Of a stretch of 64,000 nucleotides of DNA, positions 26,776 through 37,811 are shown in pieces. The notes below the pieces were generated by a model that worked only from the letters and a program-made list of their open reading frames with translations, was not told where the DNA came from and did not search any database. The translations under genes and the position numbers were made by a program. The stretch covers positions 102,300,001 through 102,364,000 of the forward strand of contig NC_042997.1 of assembly GCF_006345805.1 (NCBI RefSeq). The letters run 5' to 3'. Position 1 is the stretch's first letter, and every line of letters begins with the position of its first letter. The stretch comes from Octopus sinensis (taxonomy: Eukaryota).

Positions 26776-27985
26776 TGAATGAATGAATCCAATCAATACT
26801 TATACAAAATAAGAGGCATGATGATTACAAAAGGGTTTAACATTAAGAGTCGAACTTTGTTACTACAAGTAGTGAGGAAGAGAAAAGGTGCCGTCAACTT
26901 CTGAACACATCCCTTACTGCTGCACATAGGTGTCTATAGACTTAACAACTAGATCTAGTGGGTCTGGTATGGTTGTCGGTGGTTTGGACTGATGAATATA
27001 CCTTCGAGCAAGAATAATCAGCTGTTCGCTTTTTCATGAATACAATGAAGTTCCGGTACAAGTACTGCCTTTATCACTTTATAGTTCCTCGAAAAGGCAT
27101 GGGACTCTTTCTCATGGGCTAAGTATATTGTTAATTCTCATACACACCAGTACACAAGAGATTGGAAGTGGAATCTTGACTCTATTTCCCATTACAATAG
27201 CATACTGACTGGCATCTTTCTGCCCACAACCTTCGTAAAGACAAAACGTGCTTATACTGTTTCCTTCATAAGCTCGTCTTCCTAACGTTCATAATAATTT
27301 TTCTATTGTCTTGACTTAACAACCCTCACCGTTTGTTTTTACTGTTTTGTTCTCACTGTCCTGTTCTTGTTACCACTTTAACCCTCCGCAAAAAATCCCA
27401 GATTTTATTTAATTTGCTTTGCGGGAAGGATTGTTTCAACGAAATCGCGTCTTGTCCTTGCCTTCGATGTGAAAGATGAACAATGCATAAAGTTTTAAAA
27501 AAGTATTTAATTACCGTTAAGTTACAAATACCTTGCCTCGACGAGCAGGTTATGATAAATCCAAAAGCATGCGAAGTAAAGTTTGTGTTTGTGTCCTCTT
27601 CATTGTTTAATAGTAAATACAGAGAGAGATAGAATGATGTTGCAAGATAACAGAATTAGAGCTAGAGAGAATTGTAGGGTGTTGTCTTACAGTTGCTGAC
27701 AGTAAACTTCATTTCTCCCTCTGACCAAGGTTCTAGCTGGTCAGTCAAACTTCGTCGTCACCAACTGTGACTACTTGGTTGAGTCGTTACCGACTGTGAC
27801 TAACTAATTTTTGCTTGGGGTATTCTTGCTTTTATAGCTATCCAGAAGGATAGACATATCATTGAAACAATAGATTTAGTTGGTGGTCTTGTTATCTCTA
27901 TTCTGTCTTTTGGTAAAGTAGAAGAGGTTAGAAAGGGTCAAGTGGTGAAAACATTATTTCGGCCTAGCTGAAGGCATCTGGAAAA

Positions 27986-28060
27986 TAACAACAACAACAA
28001 CAACAACAACTATAATAATAATAATAATAATGATAATAATAATAATAATAATAATAATAT
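27986..28060. repeat. (AAC)n(AAT)n microsatellite
   Basis: Seen directly. Confidence 0.9.
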
Positions 28061-28159
28061 TCCTTTCTATTATAGGCACAAGGCCTGAAATGTTTGGAAA
28101 GGAGGATAGTCAATTTCATCGACCCCGAAAGAATGAATAACAATCTCCTAATATAATAA

Positions 28160-28836
28160 TGAATAGGGTTAGTGGGCACTCAGACGAATCATTTCATAGG
28201 TGAAATGTTTTGTTTACATTATACGAAGATCATTTTCTCTAATATTTCGGTTCCAATGTGTGTGAGTATACTTACAGTATATATACAAATATATAAAAAC
28301 ACTACGCTCATTATTATATTAGGAGATGATTTCTGATCTTTTTCTGAAGTATATAGTGTTTGTTATCAGTTCACTGATACTTTTAGTAATCCGTACTCTC
28401 ATCCATTCACGGATACTCTTTCTTCTGCTATGGAGAATGAAGCAGACAGAAAGCGACTGTTAGTTAGAGAGAGACAAAGGCAAAGAACAGCTAGTCTCAC
28501 TCAGGAAGAACTAGACGCAAGAAATCACAAGAAATGAGACAACGGAGAAGAGCACAAGATGCACGGCGACAGGCTTGAAGACGTCAAAATGAAAAGGAGA
28601 ACCTCATTGCACAAAGGAGAGATATCCAAAGACAGAGCATCACAAAGGTGCCAAGATGAAACGGAAGAGCAAGAAGCAGAGAAGAGAGTAGATTTAAAAA
28701 TAAGTGCATCGCAAAGGCGACAAGATGAAACGGAAGAGCAAGCAGCACATAAGAGAGAAATCGAAAGAGAGAGAACATTGCAGAGGCACCAAGGTGAAAC
28801 AGAAGAGCAAGCAGCAGAGGGGAGAGAGGATCTAAA

Positions 28837-28883
<47 letters not shown>

Positions 28884-29104
28884 CAGAGAAACTAGAGAAT
28901 TACAGTGAAGAAGCAAATGTTCGCAGAGAGCAAATGAATGGGATATATATATATGGAAAAAATGGAAAAATAAGAGTGAATATATATTTTGACTGCTGTG
29001 TATCAAGTCTATAAAATTGTGCATATAAATTATATAAGGTGCATATATAAAGTGCATTAAGTAATCACCGTATTCCAATTTCTTTCACTTTTCAATGAGT
29101 AGCA
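28160..29104 (+). mobile_element. Helitron-like remnant with degenerate N-terminal ORF containing 23-aa STPR-like repeats
   Basis: ATG at 28430 gives MENEADRKRLLVRERQRQRTASLTQEE. Three 69-bp repeats (28652, 28721, 28790) encode ETEEQxA... units, broken by frameshifts and a (GA)n tract. Left boundary approximate. Confidence 0.5.
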
Positions 29105-29180
29105 GGTTTTTTGGATGAGATGAGGAATTATGTACATTATTTACATTCGACGGATATTTGTCCTCATCTTGTTTGCTGTT

Positions 29181-29226
29181 AACACAACGTTTCGGCTGAT
29201 ATACCCTCCAGTCTTCTTCAGGTGTC
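29181..29226 (-). ncRNA. Minimal type I hammerhead ribozyme motif (PLE-type)
   Basis: Minus strand reads GACAC-CUGAAGA-A-GACUG(gaggguauau)CAGCC-GAAA-CGUU-GUGUU. Intact core, stem I GACAC/GUGUU, stem II with one mismatch, palindromic ACGU helix III. Confidence 0.65.
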
Positions 29227-29544
29227 TCGGGGAAATTTCGAACCTGGGTTCTCATCCTAAGGTATTCTTCGATGTTATTATTATTGTTATAATTATTGTT
29301 GTTGTTGTTGTTGTTGTTCAGGTCACTGCTTGGAATCGAACTCGGAATCTTGGGGTTAGTAGCCCACGCTTTTAACCACTACGCCTAACCCTAACCATAT
29401 GTCCACGGGCATAGGGCGTAGTGGTTAAGAGCGCGGGCTACTAACCCCAAGGTTCCGAGTTCAATTCCAAGCAGTGACCTGAACAATAATAATAACATCG
29501 AAGAATACCTTAGGAATGAGAACCCAGATTCGAAATTTCCCCAA

Positions 29545-29590
29545 GACACTTGAAGAAGGCTGGAGGGTATATCAGCCGAAACATTGTGTT
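29545..29590 (+). ncRNA. Mutated hammerhead motif (second arm)
   Basis: GACAC-UUGAAGA-A-GGCUG..CAGCC-GAAA-CAUU-GUGUU. Perfect stem II, but C3>U and a helix III G>A change. Confidence 0.5.
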
Positions 29591-29816
29591 AACAACAAAC
29601 AAGATGAGGACAAATATCCGTCGAATGTCAATAATGTAAATAAAATAACTCAATAGGTTTACCATTAGTTCCGTGAACTAACGATTCTGCCAGCTCGCCG
29701 CCTTAGTAATAATAATGATAGTAAGAAGAAGAAGAAGAAGAGGGAGAGGATTTTGCGAGTCCATCGACCCCAGTACTCAACTTGTTCTACAATATCGATC
29801 GCGAAATGTAATAATA

Positions 29817-29969
29817 CTTTCTACTATAAGCACAAGGCTTGAAATTTGGGAGAGGGGATTAGTCGATTACATCGACTCCAGTGTCTCACTGGTACTTAAT
29901 TTATCGACACTGAAAGGATGAAAGTTAAAGTCGACTTCGGTGCATTTTGAACTTAGAACGTAGCGGCAA
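29817..29969 (-). mobile_element. 5'-truncated family A-core SINE with 19-bp target-site duplication
   Basis: ATCGCGAAATGTAATAATA occurs at 29798-29816 and 29970-29988, flanking the SINE core and tail. Confidence 0.6.
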
Positions 29970-29979
29970 ATCGCGAAAT

Positions 29980-30018
<39 letters not shown>

Positions 30019-30030
30019 TTTTAATTCTAG

Positions 30031-33000
30031 TTTTTTGGCCACAAGGGCTAACATAAATCAAAGAAACGTGTAAGGCCAAATACTGGACGAAAAGTACAAA
30101 GGGTTTTGTTCGAAAGAAAGGTCCGTGTAAACATTCAAATAACAACGAAAAATATAACAAATAAAAACTCCCAATAGAGGGAGGCGCTTCGAAAGGTTAC
30201 TCGTGGAAAAACCCATAAAAACCACGGGAGCCTGGTCAAAAAGGGGTAGAGAGCACCTTCTCCTTTTATATTACCTACAGCCACTAGACAAAGGAAAATT
30301 GCCTTGCCCTGCCGGTTAGAGGAGGTCGGCGGGGCAATCTTCACTATGGATTCAGCTGATAGCCGGATCCGTCCTATACGCGACAGTAGCTGTTCGACAT
30401 AAACCCACAGGTCAGCAATACTCGGGCACTGGACGGGTGCGTGCAGAACGGTTTCGTCGTCCTGGGCGCACGTCGGGTAGTCCCGGCTGACGGCACTTCC
30501 GTGCCGGTAGAGTTTAACTCGAATAGGCAGCGCCCAACGGTAGCACTGCCAGGCGAGGGACCTTTGGAAGTTATCCATGGGCCCCGGCCCGAATGTTCTT
30601 CCGAACAGACTGTTTAAGTCATTATCGTCGACGCCTAGAGTTTCCCCGAGAACGTCGTCGCACTTTTCTTCCACTAACCCTCTATAGAACGCTAGAGTGG
30701 AACTACTACTGATCGCATTGCCCGCTTGGTGGAGGGCGGAGAGAGTTTGACGACACTCGAGGTGTCAAGCGCCCTTTCTCGGTCTGCGTTTGATCCATGA
30801 TTGCAGCTCTGTCAAAAAGACGAGCTGCGGAAAGTCGTGTCTGACGAACGGCCACCACACCTGTTCACCGTCCAGGAAACGCTTGAGATGTCGTAGCCTG
30901 AGCGCATGTCTGCGCATCAGCAACCACGGCATGCCAAGGCCTCCGTTCAGCGGCTGTTGACAGCAGATGGAGCGCCTGACCAGTGGTACCTGACCCTTCC
31001 ACAGAAAGTCGAAGAGAAAACGTACCAGCTTGGCCAACCAGTGGTTGGGACAAGCGACGACGGTCAATCGGTAGTAGATGACAGATGCGATGTACGCATT
31101 CGCCACCTCCGCTTGACCTCTCAGGGACCGCTTCCTCTCGGCCCATTTCTGGGTGAGATTGGCCACCCTGCTCGTCACTTCGTCCCAGTTTTTCTCCACC
31201 TGGAGGTCCGGACCGAACCAGACCCCGAGCAGTTTAATGGGTCCGTCTGTCCAGTGCCATACGACGCTGTTGGACGGCATGGACTTGCCCCTCCAGGTGC
31301 CCAGTTGCAAGCCCACCAACTTTTCCGCGTTAATATTCACACCTGTCACCGCTTCGTATTCGCTTAGCGTCTCACCGATCAGGTCGGTGTGCCTGTGGCT
31401 CGACACCATCACGGTGACATCGTCGGCATAGGCGGACACGCTGTTTCTACATCCTAGATAGCGCGGGATACCCCTCAAAGCTTCCAACTTCCGCAGTAAT
31501 GGCTCGAGAGTCAATAAGTAGAGGAGGGAGGAGAGAGGGCACCTTGGCTAACCGAACGCGAGATGTCGAACGGCTCCGAAAGGTGACCGTTCACCTGTAT
31601 GACCGAGCAGATGCCGCTGTACAAAGCAGCGATCCACCCGCGGAAGACCGGACCGAAACCGGCTGCCCGGAGAACAGCTGCCAGGTATCGATGGTCGACC
31701 CTATCGTAGGCTTTAGACTGATCTAAATTGATCAAAGCCCCACCTGCGCCAGCTTCGTTACCCACCCTCACTATGATGTAGCGCGTGAGATGGATGTTAT
31801 CGTGGATAGACCTGGTAGGTACGGCGCATGTCTGCGCCTTGCCAATCAGCTTGTCCGCGACAAGCGCCAATCTCTTGGCTAGCACCTTGGCCAAAATCTT
31901 CAACTCTGCATTGAGCAGAGTGATGAGCCTAAAATTCCTTATCACCTACCCCTTGTTTGGGTCCTTTCTCAGTAAAGCCACCACTCCTTGACAAACAAAA
32001 GCAGGAATTCTCCCGTTTTGTTGCCAGTTGCAGTAGACGTTTGCCAAGAGGCCCGCAAACAAGATTGGCATTGAAGAGTAAAGCTCGTAGGGCAGACCAT
32101 CTAAACCCGGCGATCTACCCCTCGTGTAGCTTTTCATCACTTCCTCTACTTCCCAGGCAGATATCGGTCTTTCTCAGCACTCCGTCTCGCTGGTCGAGAG
32201 TTGCGGTAGGCCGTCCAGGTACACACCGAAGTCTGTCCCATTCTCCATCCCACCGTTCGTCCCGAACAGTAGAGAAAAGTGCTGCTGAAAGACCATACAC
32301 ATCTGCTTCGGTTCGGAAACCTTGCGCCCGTTCAGGTCCAGCAAAGACCGAATGCTCGCTTTGTTGCCGCACTTCGCCTCCGCCACGCGGGCCTATCGAG
32401 CGACCTTAGTTCCCTCCCGCTTACCGAACGTGCCTTAGTTCTGACAACGCAGCCTTCGTGTTTGGCGTCAAAGTGTTGATCGAGGGCCAACCTGGCCGCC
32501 AACACGTCGGTTGCGATGCCTGTCCCAAGAGCCTCGTCTAGTTTTCTAATTAAATCCCGCTGTTGTCTTTCGTTCTACAGCTAGATCCTTACTAAACCTA
32601 ATCGATTCTGCTCTAATTGCTTTCTTCGGGGCAAACCACCAGTTGTTATTGATGATTGCCCCCGTCAATGCCTATTTAACTAATAAACTAACCCAGTCTC
32701 TGTAGGCTTTGCACGCCGTTAACCGGGATCTGTATATGTAGCCTATCTAAGTCGACCGTACAGATCACGAATTTGTGGTCCGTGTAGATGACTAGGTAGA
32801 ATTGTGGACACCTAATGCTGTTCTTATCCGCTGGCCTACAGAAAACTCTATCTAAGTATGATCTAGACGACCCGATGCGATTAGTCCAAGTCCACATTGG
32901 CACATTCGGGTAGTGTCTAGTCGATACCTGTCGGACAGCTGAACGCGTCTGAGCAGGTTAGCGAGGCTCTTTCACCCCCCTCTCCTATCAGATGCTCCCG

Positions 33001-33440
33001 TGCCCACCCGATCGAAACGTTCTGCTATGGCAGCGTTCCAATCCCCAACTAGTACTAAAGTGCGGGACGTACCCAAGAAAACCTCCAGACGCTTGAAATA
33101 ATCCGACTGCCCTGCTCTTGTCGGAGCGTTGGCAGCCAGCAATCTGAAAGCACCACTGTCACTACCGTCCACGTCCAGGACCACCAACTTACCTTCTGGA
33201 TCCAGGAAGACTGTTTTTATTTTCAAATCCAGGCCTTTCCGAAATAATACCGCAGTACCACTACCACCCACGGAGATAGAAAGATCTCGTATCCGCCGAA
33301 AAGGGCTGCGAGTTCCCGCGGGTCGGAGAGCCTAGTTTCGCTAATGGCTGTTACATCCACACTATAAAACCTCTGATACTTTAACAAATCTGCCAATTTG
33401 AACATATGATGGCTTGGCCTAGATTTCAGACTCAAAGCTT
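30031..33440 (-). mobile_element. Degenerate Tx1/L1-clade LINE (ORF2: APE endonuclease, RT, Cys-rich C-terminus)
   Basis: Endonuclease motifs AISETRL, LVGDWNA, SYLDRVF; RT motifs FRLITLLNAELKILAKVLAKRL, LDQSKAYDRVDH, SAYADD; C-terminal CAQDDETVLHAPVQC. Split by frameshifts across ORFs from 33223-33435 to 30135-30674. Short A-tail at 30031-30036 next to (TAA)n. Confidence 0.9.
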
Positions 33441-33839
33441 ATAAATTTCTTCTGATTGAATAATTATTGCTACAGATGCACTACCTGGAGGAGATATATA
33501 CAATGAATTCGCAACCAAGAATCGAAACCTTGATCTTCATGTTTCGGTCTACTGTTTTCGGGACCTACATTCAAAATTTATTGCTGTCATCTGTCAAATT
33601 CGCTACTGTTTCAGATGAGATTGACTTCAATTTAGATGGTTCATCTAATTCTATTGTTGCTGACCTAGTTCAGCTTTAGGGCAGTTATACATAGGAAACG
33701 CCCATAGAAAATTATTATTCTGTCTTACTTCTGAGTTTTCACGCAGTTAAAAATGACAATTCTTTTTTTGCATCAAAACTTTTAGAGAGTTAACCTCTCT
33801 CTCTCCCTGCCCCCCTCTCTAGGTGCTAGTCGATTACAA

Positions 33840-33995
33840 AGACACCAGTGCTCGACAGGTACTTATTTTATCGACCCCGAAAGGATGAAAGACAAAGTCG
33901 ATCGCAACAGAATTTGAACTTAGAACATAAAGCCGGTAAAAATTATGCTAAGCATGTTGTTCGTTGAGCTAAAGGTTTTGCCAGCTCGCTGCCCT
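33840..33995 (-). mobile_element. Family A SINE, diverged
   Basis: TATCGACCCCGAAAGGATGAAAGACAAAGTCGA core and TTTTGCCAGCTCGC head. Confidence 0.55.
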
Positions 33996-34373
33996 CATGT
34001 GTTTCAAGAATAATATGAATTTGACCACCTGATAAAAAATAACAAAAAGAAAAAGGAACATCCTGAGACGTCTGCTCATTCAGGAAGAATACATAAGACA
34101 AAGATTCTGTTGTGAATTCAGATGGTAAAATTTATAGCCTATATTAAGACCGATAGGAGACAATTAAAATTGGGCAAGAAACGACCTGGGACATTCACAC
34201 ACGAAGTACCACAGCTAGCCTTCTACAAGGCACGGCACAATTCCCCTTCCAGTCAGCGGTTATATTATCATCATCTTTTGTAAACAGCCAACGCAATAAA
34301 TCATGTCCAGCAATAAATACGCTAAAAGTTCGTGAGTTTGTTTCGTTTATTATACACGTAGCCAGCGAGAACA

Positions 34374-36338
34374 CACGATGATGATATTCAACAAAATAGC
34401 ACACACAATCAAGCAACCACCACGACCATGGTGACCAATTCACCCGTACAATTTCGACTCACCAGAAGCTTACGCCTTTCTCTATGTCGCTTTTCTCGCC
34501 ACTTTAGTTTTTAAGAGCTAAAAACCACTTGCTTGGAAAGTCTTTAAAAAACACGATGATGATATTCAACAAAATAACACACACAATCGAGCAACCACCA
34601 CGACCATGGTGACCAATTCACCCGTACAATTTCGACTCACCAGAAGCTTACGCCTTTCTCTATGTCGCTTTTCTCGCCACTTTAGTTTTTAAGAGCTAAA
34701 AACCACTTGCTTGGAAAGTCTTTAAAAAACACGATGATGATATTCAACAAAATAACACACACAATCAAGCAACCACCACGACCATGGTGACCAATTCACC
34801 CGTACAATTTCGACTCACCAGAAGCTTACGCCTTTCTCTATGTCGCTTTTCTCGCCACTTTAGTTTTTAAGAGCTAAAAGCCACTTGCTTGGAAAGTTTT
34901 TAAAAAACACGATGATGATATTCAACAAAATAGCACACACAATCAAGCAACCACCACGACCATGGTGACCAATTCACCCGTACAATTTCGACTCACCAGA
35001 AGCTTACGCCTTTCTCATCTCTATGTCGCTTTTCTCGCCACTTTAGTTTTTAAGAGCTAAAAGCCACTTGCTTGGAAAGTCTTTAAAAAACACGATGATG
35101 ATATTCACAAAATAGCACACACAATCAAGCAACCACCACGACCATGGTGACCAATTCACCCGACAATTTCGACTCACCAGAAGCTTACGCCTTTCTCTAT
35201 TTCGCTCGCTTTTCTCGCCACTTTAGTTTTTAAGAGCTAAAAACCACTTGCTTGGAAAGTCTTTAAAAAACACGATGATGATATTCAACAAAATAGCACA
35301 CACAATCAAGCAACCACCACGACCATGGTGACCAATTCACCCGTACAATTTCGACTCACCAGAAGCTTACGCCTTTCTCTATGTCGCTTTTCTCGCCACT
35401 TTAGTTTTTAAGAGCTAAAAACCACTTGCTTGGAAAGTCTTTAAAAAACACGATGATGATATTCAACAAAATAGCACACACAATCAAGCAACCACCACGA
35501 CCATGGTGACCAATTCACCCGTACAATTTCGACTCACCAGAAGCTTACGCCTTTCTCTATGTCGCTTTTCTCGCCACTTTAGTTTTTAAGAGCTAAAAAC
35601 CACTTGCTTGGAAAGTCTTTAAAAAACACGATGATGATATTCAACAAAATAGCACACACAATCAAGCAACCACCACGACCATGGTGACCAATTCACCCGT
35701 ACAATTTCGACTCACCAGAAGCTTACGCCTTTCTCTATGTCGCTTTTCTCGCCACTTTAGTTTTTAAGAGCTAAAAACCACTTGCTTGGAAAGTCTTTAA
35801 AAAACACGATGATGATATTCAACAAAATAGCACACACAATCAAGCAACCACCACGACCATGGTGACCAATTCACCCGTACAATTTCGACTCACCAGAAGC
35901 TTACGCCTTTCTCTATGTCGCTTTTCTCGCCACTTTAGTTTTTAAGAGCTTAAAAACCACTTGCTTGGAAAGTCTTTAAAAAACACGATGATGATATTCA
36001 ACAAAATAGCACACACAATCAAGCAACCACCACGACCATGGTGACCAATTCACCCGTACAATTTCGACTCACCAGAAGCTTACGCCTTTCTCTATGTCGC
36101 TTTTCTCGCCACTTTAGTTTTTAAGAGCTAAAAACCACTTGCTTGGAAAGTCTTTAAAAAACACGATGATGATATTCAACAAAATAGCACACACAATCAA
36201 GCAACCACCACGACCATGGTGACCAATTCACCCGCACAATTTCGACTCACCAGAAGCTTACGCCTTTCTCTATGTCGCTTTTCTCGCCACTTTAGTTTTT
36301 AAGAGCTAAAAACCACTTGCTTGGAAAGTCTTTAAAAA
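34374..36338. repeat. Tandem satellite, 11 copies of a 178-bp unit
   Basis: CACGATGATGATATTC starts at 34374, 34552, 34730, 34908, 35091, 35271, 35449, 35627, 35805, 35984 and 36162. Units are nearly identical. Confidence 0.97.
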
Positions 36339-36417
36339 TCGTGAGTTTTATAAAAGTCGCTTTTAGTTTCAATAAACAGTGTGTATGTGTATGCGTGTAT
36401 ACGTGTGTGCGTGCGTA

Positions 36418-36460
<43 letters not shown>

Positions 36461-36705
36461 AGGTGTGTGATCCTAGAAAGTATGTGGATGAGTGTGAGCC
36501 TTGAAAATAAGTGTGAGTGTGTATATGTGTGTGAATGTGTGTGATCCTAAAATATGTGTTTGTGTGCGTGATCCAAGAAAATGCATAGGCGCACATGTGT
36601 GTGTGTGTGTATGAGAGAGTGAGGGTGTGTGATCTTAGAAAATGTGAGTTCGTATGTATGTATGAATGAGTGAGAGTGTTAATATGTGTGATCCTGTGGC
36701 TGTGT

Positions 36706-37095
36706 GGTAAGTAGCTTGCTAACCAACCACATGGCTCCGGGTTCATTCCCACTGCGTGGCATCTTGGGCAAGTGTCTTCTGCTATAGCCCCGGGCCGACC
36801 AATGCCTTGTGAGTGAATTTGGTAGACGGAAACTGAAAGAAGCCTGTCGTATATATGTATATATATATATATGTGTGTGTGTATGTGTGTGTGTTTGTCC
36901 CCCTAGCATTGCTTGACAACCGATGCTGGTGTGTTTACGTCCCCGTCACTTAGCGGTTCGGCAAAAGAGACCGATAGAATAAGTACTGGGCTTACAAAGA
37001 ATAAGTCCCGGGGTCGATTTGCTCGACTAAAGGCGGTGCTCCAGCATGGCCGCAGTCAAATGACTGAAACAAGTAAAAGATAAAAGATAAAAGAT
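36706..37095 (+). mobile_element. tRNA-derived SINE (family B), full-length-like
   Basis: tRNA-like head (TGGTAAGTAGC..GGGTTCATTCCC), central (TA)/(TG) tract, tail ending GACTGAAACAAGTAAAAGA(TAAAAGA)n. Confidence 0.75.
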
Positions 37096-37420
37096 ATAGG
37101 TGTGTGCGTGTGCGCGAGCGTGGTTTGCTTCACAAAAAAGGTTCACAAAGAAACACACAAATAGTCCGTGAAATATTCCACCTCACTCAGTAAGTATTTA
37201 TAATGACGCATACGCATGTGTTTGCGTGCGCGCGCACACACGCACATTAATGTTTTGTGATGTTAATTTTTCAACTTGTTATATTCTTTGATATGAGCTA
37301 AGAAGAAAGAGTACTTGTTAGATTTTTAAAATTTATCCGAAATTCCGTAAGGACGAAATTACAGGTCGTAACACAAAATTAATATCTATAACTTAGTATC
37401 CAAATATATAAATATGTATA

Positions 37421-37811
37421 AGGCGGCGAGCTGGCAGAAACGTTAGCACGGCAGGCGAAATGCTCAGCGGCATTTCGTCTGCCGTTACGTTCTGAGTTCA
37501 AATTCCGTTTTCGGGGTCGATTAAATAAGTACCAGTTACGCACTGTGGTCGATATAATCGACTTAATCCGTTTGTCTGTCCTTGTTTGTCCCCTCTGTGT
37601 TTAGCCCCTTGTGGGTAGTAAAGAAATAGGTATTTCGTCTGCTGCTACGTTCTGAGTTCAAATTCCGCCGAGGTCGACTTCGCCTTTCATCCTTTTGGGG
37701 TCGATAAATTAAGTACCAGTTACGCACTGGGGTCAATGTAATCGACTTAATCCCTTTGTTTGTCCTTGTTTGTCCCCTTTATGTTTAGCCCCTTGTGGGT
37801 AATGAAGAAAT
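37421..37811 (+). mobile_element. Family A SINE, tandem partial dimer
   Basis: A full unit is followed by a second unit starting at GGTATTTCGTCTG. Both end GCCCCTTGTGGGTA..AAGAAAT. Confidence 0.75.

Larger units (their letters stand above)
29133..29638. mobile_element. Head-to-head inverted pair of a tRNA-headed, hammerhead-containing element
   Basis: Arms 29133-29385 and 29415-29638 are reverse complements with few substitutions; the (TTA/TTG)n tract differs in length. Each arm has a tRNA-like head at the centre and a hammerhead motif towards the outer end. Confidence 0.75.

Noticed and set aside
26989-26995. CTGATGA hammerhead core (also at 41193-41199)
   Set aside because: No correctly placed stem II, GAAA or UH element follows.
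29414-29475. Genuine tRNA gene
   Set aside because: It has A/B boxes and an anticodon-like arm but no acceptor-stem pairing. It is embedded in a repeated element, so it is treated as a SINE-type head.
34374-36338. CRISPR-like array
   Set aside because: Units are contiguous and near-identical with no unique spacers, there are no cas genes, and the context is eukaryotic. It is a satellite.
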